This document shows, piece after piece, positions 36,310 to 44,147 of a DNA stretch of 64,000 bases. The stretch's first letter is position 1; every line of letters starts with the position of its first letter. The DNA comes from Bacillota bacterium (GTDB lineage Bacteria > Bacillota > Limnochordia > DTU087 > JAAYGB01): positions 70,637 to 134,636 of the forward strand of contig JAAYGB010000008.1 of assembly GCA_012727955.1 (NCBI GenBank). The letters run 5' to 3'. A program made the translations under genes and the position numbers. The notes under the pieces were generated by a model. The model saw nothing but the letters and a program-made list of their open reading frames with translations. It had not been told where the DNA came from and searched no databases.

Positions 36310-38676
36310 CTACGGACCAGTGATACTGGGAGTCAAGATGATAACCAAATCTGACTGACTCGATTGATACTGCTCAGAGCGAAATAGCTGTCCCAAGATG
36401 GGCAAACTCCCCAACAATGGTACTTTGCTGATCATTTTCCGCTGCTCTTCTCCCAACAATCCACCAATGACAAGGGACTGACCGCTATCCATAAACACCT
36501 GAGTCTGTGCCTTGCGGACTCTGACCGCTGGAATTTGCACTCCATCGATGACTACGGCATTGTTCCAGTCCAGGAGACTAACTTCTGGTTCAAGCTGGAC
36601 ACATATTTTGTCCCCAACCAGTTCTCCAGAAACACTGAGCTTGACTCCATAGTCCCGCCATTCAATGACAGTCTCTTCTTCCGCCTTAACAGGAAGAGGA
36701 ATTTCTCCTCCGGCGAGAAAACTTGCAGTTTCACCGGAGGTAAAGACCAAGGTAGGAGCCGCCAGGGTACGTACTTTACCCTCTGCTGCCAGAGAGGTGA
36801 GGCTGGCCGTCAGTTCTCTGTTACCTAAAGTTAGGGGAACACTAACCGCCAACTCTCCCTCGGCAACCTGTAGCGCCCAAGAAGATGGAGGGGCACTATC
36901 GGAGGTAGCAAACCAGTTGACTCCAAGCTCTCGCAGGCTGGTGTCCTCAATTTCCACCACCCTGACCTGGACCTGAATCTGAGGCTTCACCGCAGACACC
37001 TGAATGGCACTAACCACTTTGGGAACCAACTCTTCTGCTAAGGATAGGATCCTATCCCTTTCCGCCTGGGAGCACTGTCCCGACAATAACACCATGTCAT
37101 CGACATAGGCCGCCTCTACTCCTTGTGGAAGAACGCCATTTAGATACTCCTGAACCCTCTGGTCGATGCCATCGCTGACAACGGATAGGGCATCAAGCCA
37201 CTGGGGATGAAGGTTGGAGATCACCTTGGCGACGTGGTCGTAGGTGGCCCGGGAGACCTGCCCCATGGCCAGGACCTCGCCCCCCTCAAGGTACAAGACC
37301 TCAACGCCAGTTTCTGCCAATAGCTGCTCAAGAGGTAAGCCTGCTTTCAGGGCTTTATTTTGCACCCCAACGGCATTAATGACAGGGTAGTCTAGGACAT
37401 CGACCAGCTGCTGCAATCGCTCCCGCTGTCCCTCTCTGGAAACGGTACCCAGCAAGATGACGGCTGAGTCCAGGGGCTCCACAACTACTTGCTCATACCC
37501 CCAGGTCTGGATAATTCGATTCAGTGTCTTGACAATTGACCTTTGGTCTATCCTTGGCTCCTTGGGCGATTGCACCAACAGACCATTAATCACCTTCGGC
37601 GCAAAGGCAGCGGCGATCTTCTCCGCCACCTCTGCCCGTTCCGGGCAGCTAACCTGACCATACAGTAACAGGCCTTCATCCACTACCTCGAGCTTTACCT
37701 CCGGCATCGCCAGAATCCGGGACAGGCGGGACAAATCGATACCGCCTTCCTGGCGCTGGTGATCTAACTCCCGATTCTTTCCCAACTGCCAGATCCTAGC
37801 CGGGGCAACTTCAACACCGTCTACTACAGGACCATATTGCTCCGCGGCCTTGCGCAGGGCCATCCTTTCCGCTTCGCTATCTACAGCCCCCCGGAGAACT
37901 AGCAAGTTGCCCACCCGCTGAACCCAAGCCCGAGCAAGACCCAGCTCAACGGGAAGCCGCAGTGCCTCTTGCCAGCTTTGATCCTCTACCGCCACCATCA
38001 TGACGGGGGTCAATCCCAGGTGAGTGGCCAGCTCCTTGAGTGCAGGGATATCCTCGGCCACAGCTACCGTGCCGCGGATCAACAAGACATTCTCAGCCCG
38101 CTGGAACTCTAGCTGGGGAAACAAGGAGCTGGTCAGCCGGGCAAAGGCCCCTTCCGCCGCGGCATAACTGGATTCTGCCGTAGTTGCCTTGGTAACGGTT
38201 AAGTCCAGTGTATCGGGCCACAGGGTTTGTAAGGCTTTTTCCAGCATCGAGCGACTTGACTGATCGACTTCCCCGGAGACAATCAAGGTAGTGCCTACCC
38301 ATGTAAACTGACAATCTGAGCCAACTACTTGCATCAGTTCCTCCAGCGACGGGCGGGGCTTGGGTAAGACATTGACCCGGGAACTTATCCGATCATCCCC
38401 CGTCCAGACAACCAATGTCGTTGACCCAAAGCCCTTGCCATTGAGAAGGAACTCATCCCGTCCAGACACCACCACATCGGCTACAGTCTCATCGCCGACA
38501 GCCACGGTGGTCAACCCCGGCACAGGAAAGACCTGGGACTCACCGACGATGAGCTCAATTTCTCCTGGCAGACTACTGGCTTCCGCCCAGCTGCCGGCAA
38601 TCGCTATCAAGAGACTGAGACAACTAATCAGTCTCCACAACGAAGACCTGAGAACCCCGGATGACGGTAATATCAT
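36310..38676 (-). CDS. cpaC: CpaC/RcpA-family secretin carrying seven tandem BON-like domains
   Basis: Signal peptide, then a pilus-formation N-terminal domain (IELIVGESQVFPVPGLTTVAVGDETVADVVVS...GKGFGSTTLVVW). Seven repeats of about 60-75 aa follow, with pattern VxVVxEPLDSAVILLGTVSxEGQRERLQQLVxVLDYPVINAVGV. The C-terminal secretin domain ends ...KVPLLGSLPILGQLFRS. GGGGAGGGAG RBS. Confidence 0.8.
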   Translation of the reverse strand: MILPSSGVLRSSLWRLISCLSLLIAIAGSWAEASSLPGEIELIVGESQVFPVPGLTTVAVGDETVADVVVSGRDEFLLNGKGFGSTTLVVWTGDDRISSRVNVLPKPRPSLEELMQVVGSDCQFTWVGTTLIVSGEVDQSSRSMLEKALQTLWPDTLDLTVTKATTAESSYAAAEGAFARLTSSLFPQLEFQRAENVLLIRGTVAVAEDIPALKELATHLGLTPVMMVAVEDQSWQEALRLPVELGLARAWVQRVGNLLVLRGAVDSEAERMALRKAAEQYGPVVDGVEVAPARIWQLGKNRELDHQRQEGGIDLSRLSRILAMPEVKLEVVDEGLLLYGQVSCPERAEVAEKIAAAFAPKVINGLLVQSPKEPRIDQRSIVKTLNRIIQTWGYEQVVVEPLDSAVILLGTVSREGQRERLQQLVDVLDYPVINAVGVQNKALKAGLPLEQLLAETGVEVLYLEGGEVLAMGQVSRATYDHVAKVISNLHPQWLDALSVVSDGIDQRVQEYLNGVLPQGVEAAYVDDMVLLSGQCSQAERDRILSLAEELVPKVVSAIQVSAVKPQIQVQVRVVEIEDTSLRELGVNWFATSDSAPPSSWALQVAEGELAVSVPLTLGNRELTASLTSLAAEGKVRTLAAPTLVFTSGETASFLAGGEIPLPVKAEEETVIEWRDYGVKLSVSGELVGDKICVQLEPEVSLLDWNNAVVIDGVQIPAVRVRKAQTQVFMDSGQSLVIGGLLGEEQRKMISKVPLLGSLPILGQLFRSEQYQSSQSDLVIILTPSITGP

Positions 38677-39472
38677 GTCTCCCTCCCCTTCTTGCCTCTT
38701 CTTTCTGCGATGGCACTGCTGGGGTCCCGTCTAACTGGAGCAGTGACTCCAGGGTTATCGCCGAAGTCACCCTCCCGGCTAGGGAATCAGCGGCTGATCC
38801 CAAGGAAACTACCCGCAGCTGACCAAAGGCGTCGGCCAGTGCCAAGCGATGGACGGTAACATCATCCACCGACAGAACCAGCTGAGTGGTCTCCGAAAGG
38901 CCAGGATAAGACAAAGGCGCCCCCTCACCGTAGTCACTGCCTAACACATCGACTACCTCGACTTGACTGGCAATCACTACACTCTGCTCCGAAGCATCGA
39001 TCCGGGCGGGGAAGATCCCGATGATATCCACCAACTGTCCCCGCTGGAGATGACGGGCCTGGCGGGTCGGAACAGAAACGACAAAATGCTTACCTCCTGG
39101 CAAACCGGAGGAATCCCCCTCCCGCTGGTCATCCTCATGGGCAGCAAATTCTAGATGGTCTCTGGTGAGCACCGAACCCGCCGACAAGTCGGTGGCGGTA
39201 ATCATCCCTGCTACCACCAATCCATCGATCCAGCCCAGGGGCAATTGCGCCACCGGCCGAGTCTCCAAGAGGATGTGATCCCCGGTGATTGTAGTCCCCG
39301 CGGCCACATCCTCGACCAACACTGCAACCCGAGCTACCACCCCTTCTCCCGTCGACTCCAGCTGAGCCAGGTAAAAGTAGAGCATAACCGCAAAGACCAG
39401 AGCCAACACTCCCGCTACCCAGGGTTTTCGTAGGTAGGACGGAATTCCGCGGATCAGAAGGGAAGAGGCCAT
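38624..39472 (-). CDS. cpaB: Flp pilus assembly protein CpaB/RcpC (SAF domain)
   Basis: N-terminal TM followed by a SAF-like domain (VLVEDVAAGTTITGDHI). Directly upstream of the secretin, which it overlaps by 53 nt. Confidence 0.7.
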   Translation of the reverse strand: MASSLLIRGIPSYLRKPWVAGVLALVFAVMLYFYLAQLESTGEGVVARVAVLVEDVAAGTTITGDHILLETRPVAQLPLGWIDGLVVAGMITATDLSAGSVLTRDHLEFAAHEDDQREGDSSGLPGGKHFVVSVPTRQARHLQRGQLVDIIGIFPARIDASEQSVVIASQVEVVDVLGSDYGEGAPLSYPGLSETTQLVLSVDDVTVHRLALADAFGQLRVVSLGSAADSLAGRVTSAITLESLLQLDGTPAVPSQKEEARRGGRHDITVIRGSQVFVVETD

Positions 39473-40587
39473 GGCAACTCATCTCTGATGTCAATCTCAG
39501 GCCCGGCAAAGGTATAGCCCATAATCACCGTTCCTTCTGGACCGCTGATTGCCCCAAGAAAACACACGTGGCGCTCCCGGAAGTAGACGCCAAAATCGAA
39601 GTCGGTAATTTCCCCCAGCGATTTAAGTACCTCCCGGTCCCCCCCGAATATCTGGTTAAAGCCATGCCCCATGTCCTTCAGCCGTGTTGCCGCATCCTTG
39701 AGGAGTTCAGGATTCAGGAAGGGAAGCCCCACCCAACCCTCTTGAGCCAATCGTTGCCGATACCAATGAGTGACAGCCGCAAAACTATCTCCAGACTTCA
39801 TCATGACTAAGGTTGCTTCGTTCAGAAACCCACTCCGGTTGGGAGGTCCCTCGACGCGGTCTAAAACGATTTTTAGCACGTCAGAGCCCCGTGGATAGAT
39901 AGGCAGCACCAACCTCTGCAGGTACTCTTGCGGTGGAGTCAGATGGGTACCATTTCCGGCAATGACCGTCTTTACCAAGGAGACAATCTTATCATCGTCA
40001 TCGACATCGTCGTAGTCGGGGTAGCTATCCGGCGGGAGTATGGCCCGCAGTTTCGGGTCGTGATCCGGATTGGCATACACCTGCCATTCAATGGTGTATC
40101 CAGGCCCCTTAGCCCGCCGGGAGTCCACCACTATGTAACGCATTACTTCCTTCGCCTCTTCCAGAGACAGCGGCTCGGTCAGATAGGGATCCTTTTTTGC
40201 TTGCTCGTAAATGTATTCCGCATTCTCCTCCACCCAATCATAGGCTTCTACCCGCAGTGCTCCACGGGAAAAGTGGTTTCGCCAATGGCGGGCCGCCCTT
40301 TCTGCCGGTATGGTCATGGGCATCCACAACTCATATCGCCAGACATCATCCTCGAAAAACCAGCCACCCACCGAGAAAAGCATCCCATCGGGGTGAGGTA
40401 AGTCCACGCCTAAGGGTGCTGCCATGAGTGCCTCGAAGGTTAAGCACAAAGCTATCCCCAGCGGGAAAATAAGTCTACCAAGGTACCGAGCAATGGAACA
40501 CCATAAGCGTCGGATTTCATTTCTTCCCGGAGAGCTACCTTTTCTCCCAGTAAATGCTGAAACATGGGCATAACGGGAAAGTCGCAA
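39454..40587 (-). CDS. Hypothetical protein embedded in the tad operon (single hydrophobic segment, acidic DYDDVDDDD stretch)
   Basis: Long ORF with codon usage matching its neighbours and no recognisable motif. Start uncertain: the ORF-track GTG 40626 and my preferred TTG 40587 (GGTGGTG RBS) both overlap the 3' end of the upstream tadE-like gene, by 175 or 136 nt, in another frame. Confidence 0.4.
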   Translation of the reverse strand: MRLSRYAHVSAFTGRKGSSPGRNEIRRLWCSIARYLGRLIFPLGIALCLTFEALMAAPLGVDLPHPDGMLFSVGGWFFEDDVWRYELWMPMTIPAERAARHWRNHFSRGALRVEAYDWVEENAEYIYEQAKKDPYLTEPLSLEEAKEVMRYIVVDSRRAKGPGYTIEWQVYANPDHDPKLRAILPPDSYPDYDDVDDDDKIVSLVKTVIAGNGTHLTPPQEYLQRLVLPIYPRGSDVLKIVLDRVEGPPNRSGFLNEATLVMMKSGDSFAAVTHWYRQRLAQEGWVGLPFLNPELLKDAATRLKDMGHGFNQIFGGDREVLKSLGEITDFDFGVYFRERHVCFLGAISGPEGTVIMGYTFAGPEIDIRDELPWPLPF

Positions 40588-40913
40588 GATATCACCACCC
40601 GATCCATTGAAAGAGTTCGTCTGCACACCACTTCGTAGTGCAGTCCCGGCAACGCAGAATTACTGTTGAGGAAGTTCTCGACCTGGCTAACGGCCTCACC
40701 CGCGGTCCGGCTAGCCACCAACCGAATACCTTGTCTAGCTGCCATCGCCATCAGAATCTTGGTGTGGACAATGGCACCAAACTGAATCATCGCAAAGATG
40801 ACAAACAGCAGCAGCGGCAACACTATGGCCATTTCAACCAAGGCCTGTCCATTCTCGCTCCCTGCCCTCAGACTCAACAAGAGCCCTCTCCCCTTTGTTG
40901 CTGAAATTGTCAT
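40452..40913 (-). CDS. TadE/TadF-like pseudopilin
   Basis: TadE-like N-terminus GQALVEMAIVLPLLLFVIFAMIQFG. Confidence 0.7.
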   Translation of the reverse strand: MTISATKGRGLLLSLRAGSENGQALVEMAIVLPLLLFVIFAMIQFGAIVHTKILMAMAARQGIRLVASRTAGEAVSQVENFLNSNSALPGLHYEVVCRRTLSMDRVVISCDFPVMPMFQHLLGEKVALREEMKSDAYGVPLLGTLVDLFSRWG

Positions 40914-40921
40914 GCCCAGGG

Positions 40922-41668
40922 CTAATCTTTTTCTTTGTCCTTCTCCTTGTTCTCCTGATTGAGCTTCTCGCCGAAATAATTCCTCACCCAGTCCACCCCC
41001 TCCCCAATGCCACCGGCATGGAATTTGACCAGGCTCGCCTTGAAGTCAGGCCAAACCAAGCCGCTACCGTGGACCGCTGACTCCGAGATTGCCACCATCA
41101 CCCCACCCCTATCGGACTTGTCCCTCAACTTACTAAGCAGGGGTAAAGGTTGTCTAACCGCAGCCCCACCCATAATTATGAACCGCTTGCCGTAGGGTAA
41201 GTTATGAGTTCGTCGCTGGGCGTCCACCATGTACTCCTTCCAAAACATCCACCAACGCTTTTTCGGCTCTCTCACCTCAAGATCCGGCATCGCCACCCCT
41301 CCGAGGAAATTCAACGGCACTACCACCGCGGCTCCATTGCGAAGCCCTGTTTCCGTCGCGACGAGAATGGCCAGGACAGGAGCGCTGGCGACTACCATGA
41401 TCTGCGCTTGTTTCGCCATCTCCCTGTGGGCAGGTTCGGTGGCCGAAACACGGGCCCAATTAAGCTGCACTACTAAGTTCAAACAAGAAGCTAGACAGGC
41501 TCCGCCGGCTTGGGCACTGGCGTCCACGGCATTGGCTAGCCGAATCTTAGCGACCATGGTCTCCCCGAGATAGTACACCATCACCGTGGCCAGCATCAGT
41601 ACCGCCACTGCCACCGCGGCCATCACCATCACTTGCCCATCTTTAGCTGTAATGATCTTGCTAATCAT
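40922..41668 (-). CDS. TadG-like pilus assembly protein
   Basis: N-terminal TM plus Tad_N-like segment (VMVMAAVAVAVLMLATVMVYYLGE...LANAVDASAQAGGA). Lys/Glu-rich C-terminal tail. ATGA overlap with the upstream gene. Confidence 0.5.
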   Translation of the reverse strand: MISKIITAKDGQVMVMAAVAVAVLMLATVMVYYLGETMVAKIRLANAVDASAQAGGACLASCLNLVVQLNWARVSATEPAHREMAKQAQIMVVASAPVLAILVATETGLRNGAAVVVPLNFLGGVAMPDLEVREPKKRWWMFWKEYMVDAQRRTHNLPYGKRFIIMGGAAVRQPLPLLSKLRDKSDRGGVMVAISESAVHGSGLVWPDFKASLVKFHAGGIGEGVDWVRNYFGEKLNQENKEKDKEKD

Positions 41669-42189
41669 AGGAAAAACCGTCCCAAATGCCTTAACCCGGG
41701 GATGGACTCGAAGAACCGACCGAAGATGTTGCTAGAATACATTCTGGCGTTTTCCTGGGGCAGCGAATAGGTGACCTGACTCTGTCCCGTAGCATCCTCT
41801 ACCATGGACAGCTGCAGACCAAACCAACTCATTTGGCCTGAGAAAACTCGCTTGACGGTGCTGAGTAACCAGGGCTGCGTACGAGTGACGGTGACCACAA
41901 TGTCCTTGCCCTGCTTCTTTACCGATCCCGTCAAGATCAGACCGCGAACTCCCGAGCCCCAACCGTTGATCACTCTCGCTACAGGAAGTAGATAACTTGA
42001 GGATGGATTGTGTAACACTGCTCGGCGGGCCTCCTCGTAGGCACCGTACTTGACCAGCATCCCATCCAGCAGATGCAAACTCATGGCAAATCCTCCCCAC
42101 AGGACTAACATCACTACCGGCAAGGCAATCACGAACTCCAGCACTCCCACTCCCTCTTCCGAGCGCCAACCGTACACAGCAATTGCCAC
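41665..42189 (-). CDS. TadE-like pseudopilin
   Basis: EEGVGVLEFVIALPVVMLVLWGGF TadE motif. GTG start, or alternative GTG at 42177. Confidence 0.7.
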   Translation of the reverse strand: MAIAVYGWRSEEGVGVLEFVIALPVVMLVLWGGFAMSLHLLDGMLVKYGAYEEARRAVLHNPSSSYLLPVARVINGWGSGVRGLILTGSVKKQGKDIVVTVTRTQPWLLSTVKRVFSGQMSWFGLQLSMVEDATGQSQVTYSLPQENARMYSSNIFGRFFESIPGLRHLGRFFL

Positions 42190-42194
42190 CTCCG

Positions 42195-42803
42195 TTAGCG
42201 TGATACCCCCTGAAGACTAAGGATGATAATCCCACACAAGCTGATCCAGAATCCCAGGGGAACACTAATTCCCAACACCTGGCCTTCCATACCCAAGGCG
42301 CAGGATGCCATCCGTCGCAATAACTGTTTCACCTGGCCCCGTTGCCGGGCAATTATCAGCACATGGATGCCGGAGACTATGGCACCCCATACCGCAATCC
42401 GCAGAGCAACTTCTAGTGGCACCAACACACCCAAGCAAGCCAGGAGCTTGACATCGCCTCCTCCGATGCCTCCCCAGCGATACACCACACAGAAGGGCAA
42501 GGCCAGGACAAAGCCTCGAACCAAGGCCCCAAAGCCTGCCAGCCAGCCACCATCGGCAAGGTTCAGCACCAGCCCCAGTATGAGCACCGGAGCTAGGACC
42601 CCATTGTAGATCCGCCGATACCGCCAGTCAGTATACGCGACGATGACCAAAAACCCCAGGGTCAACAGCCATAGTCCATCGAAACCACCTGCCTCACTCC
42701 CGAACTCTCCAGGGATGGAAAAAGGGGCAAAGCCAATGGCCCTGCCCCTCCAAAAGGGTGCCGAATACCGTTGCTCCATGCCCCAGGTTAACACACCAGC
42801 CAT
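42195..42803 (-). CDS. cpaA: Flp prepilin peptidase CpaA/TadV (A24 aspartic peptidase)
   Basis: DWRYRRIYN and GGGDVKL motifs carry the two catalytic Asp. The N-terminal extension in the ORF is questionable. Confidence 0.8.
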   Translation of the reverse strand: MAGVLTWGMEQRYSAPFWRGRAIGFAPFSIPGEFGSEAGGFDGLWLLTLGFLVIVAYTDWRYRRIYNGVLAPVLILGLVLNLADGGWLAGFGALVRGFVLALPFCVVYRWGGIGGGDVKLLACLGVLVPLEVALRIAVWGAIVSGIHVLIIARQRGQVKQLLRRMASCALGMEGQVLGISVPLGFWISLCGIIILSLQGVSR

Positions 42804-42880
42804 GCCCTTCGAGAGTTATGTGATTTTTTGATTTTTGTTAGATAGTCAACAACCCAACTAAGTATCAACTTACGCCATCG

Positions 42881-43048
42881 TCAACCGCCGATGGTTTCAG
42901 CTAACTGAAGGAACTTCCCCGATATACTGCTTCCCAGAACGCGGACGGCCCCCAGACCCACTACAGCAATCAGTGCCGTCAGCAGTCCGTACTCGGCCAT
43001 GCTTTGTCCGCTTTCGTCCTGCCACAGTTCTCGGAGAAATGCTCGCAT
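42881..43048 (-). CDS. flp: Flp/Fap family pilin (55 aa; below ORF-track cutoff)
   Basis: Manual translation gives MRAFLRELWQDESGQSMAEYGLLTALIAVVGLGAVRVLGSSISGKFLQLAETIGG. The G/QSMAEY Flp processing motif sits at mature positions E5 and Y6. GGGGGT RBS. Confidence 0.75.
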   Translation of the reverse strand: MRAFLRELWQDESGQSMAEYGLLTALIAVVGLGAVRVLGSSISGKFLQLAETIGG

Positions 43049-43108
43049 CATCCTACCCCCTTTCCCCGTGAACTAGCACCCTTATTGGCAAAGTAAATCT
43101 GTATTTAA

Positions 43109-43300
43109 CTAGAACACATTAACGTAGTAAATCAGCTCTAGAATCATGCGGTCACACATCTTCAGTAGTACCCCCTTCATCTTCTCCGACCACAAGACAA
43201 AGGGAATTGCCACCACAGCCAGAAGCAAGGCGTATTCAGCAACACTTTGCCCCCCTTGGTCCAGCAACAGCGAGGCTGCAGAGACCTTTATTCTTGCCAT
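43109..43300 (-). CDS. flp: Flp/Fap family pilin (64 aa)
   Basis: MARIKVSAASLLLDQGGQSVAEYALLLAVVAIPFVLWSEKMKGVLLKMCDRMILELIYYVNVF, with G/QSVAEY motif. This is the C-terminal part of ORF-track 43109..43483, restarted at ATG 43300. Confidence 0.75.
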   Translation of the reverse strand: MARIKVSAASLLLDQGGQSVAEYALLLAVVAIPFVLWSEKMKGVLLKMCDRMILELIYYVNVF

Positions 43301-43334
43301 CGCCTTCGACCTCTCTTCTTCTGGGTTCAACCAC

Positions 43335-43363
43335 ATTATACTCGGTGCGCCGTACATAGTCAA
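43335..43363 (-). promoter_or_regulatory. Consensus sigma-A promoter driving the flp-tad operon
   Basis: Minus strand TTGACT, a 17-nt spacer, then TATAAT, about 35 nt upstream of the first flp start. An A/T-rich UP-like tract lies immediately upstream. Confidence 0.6.
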
Positions 43364-43384
43364 GCGGAATTTTACTTTTTTTCG

Positions 43385-43425
43385 CAAAAAAATGCTCGGC
43401 TGGACTTCTCGTCCTCCGCCGAGCG
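43385..43425 (-). terminator. Terminator-like hairpin after rpe (minus strand)
   Basis: GCTCGGC(17-nt loop)GCCGAGC followed by ATTTTTTTGCG. Confidence 0.4.
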
Positions 43426-43445
43426 TTACTAGCAGCGCTTTCTTG

Positions 43446-44147
43446 TTACTGGTTCCCTTGACAGGCGAAACGCAGATCAGCAATGGTGCGATCCCGATGG
43501 GCGCTGCGGAAAATCGAGGAACCTGCTACCAATATGTTGGCTCCCGCTTCAACCACCAATGGAGCTGACACCAGGTCAATTCCCCCATCGACCTGAATGT
43601 CCACCTGCAGCTTCCGCTCCATAATTATTCTCCGCAATGCCCTAATCTTGGAAACCATCCCAGGGATAAACTTCTGGCCCCCAAAGCCAGGATTGACGGT
43701 CATGATCAGCACCTGATCAAGGTCCTCCAGGATATACTCCAGGACGTCCAAGGGTGTTGCCGGGTTTAGGGCAACGCCAACCCTAACGCCCAGAGCCTTG
43801 ACCAATCCCACAGAGCGGTGCAGATGAATGCAGGCTTCCGCTGACAGAGTCAAGGCAGTGGCACCGGCCTTAACAAAATCCTCAACATAACGATCGGGAT
43901 CGGCAATCATCAGGTGTACATCCAGGGGCTGATCCGTAAACTTGCCAATGGCCTCTACAACTCCTGGACCGAAGGTGATGTTGGGAACAAAGTGTCCATC
44001 CATCACATCAATATGTAACATGTCCGCTGCAGACACCGATGCGATCTCTTCTCCGAGCCGCATAAAATCCGCAGCCAGCAAAGAGGGGGCGATTTTGACA
44101 TCGGTCCCCCTCGAAGCATTATCTGAGTTAGTATCTGTTTTCTTCAT
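43446..44147 (-). CDS. rpe: Ribulose-phosphate 3-epimerase
   Basis: IAPSLLAADF...HIDVMDGHFVPNITFG...DGG motifs. Confidence 0.9.
   Translation of the reverse strand: MKKTDTNSDNASRGTDVKIAPSLLAADFMRLGEEIASVSAADMLHIDVMDGHFVPNITFGPGVVEAIGKFTDQPLDVHLMIADPDRYVEDFVKAGATALTLSAEACIHLHRSVGLVKALGVRVGVALNPATPLDVLEYILEDLDQVLIMTVNPGFGGQKFIPGMVSKIRALRRIIMERKLQVDIQVDGGIDLVSAPLVVEAGANILVAGSSIFRSAHRDRTIADLRFACQGNQ

Noticed and set aside
39928-40427. Plus-strand ORFs inside the unknown tad gene (39928..40401, 40197..40427)
   Set aside because: Antisense, Pro/Arg/His-rich. No support.
43109-43483. Full-length 124-aa ORF call
   Set aside because: Only the last 64 codons form a recognisable Flp prepilin with an RBS. 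The upstream part overlaps the rpe terminator and promoter and would also overlap the rpe coding region.
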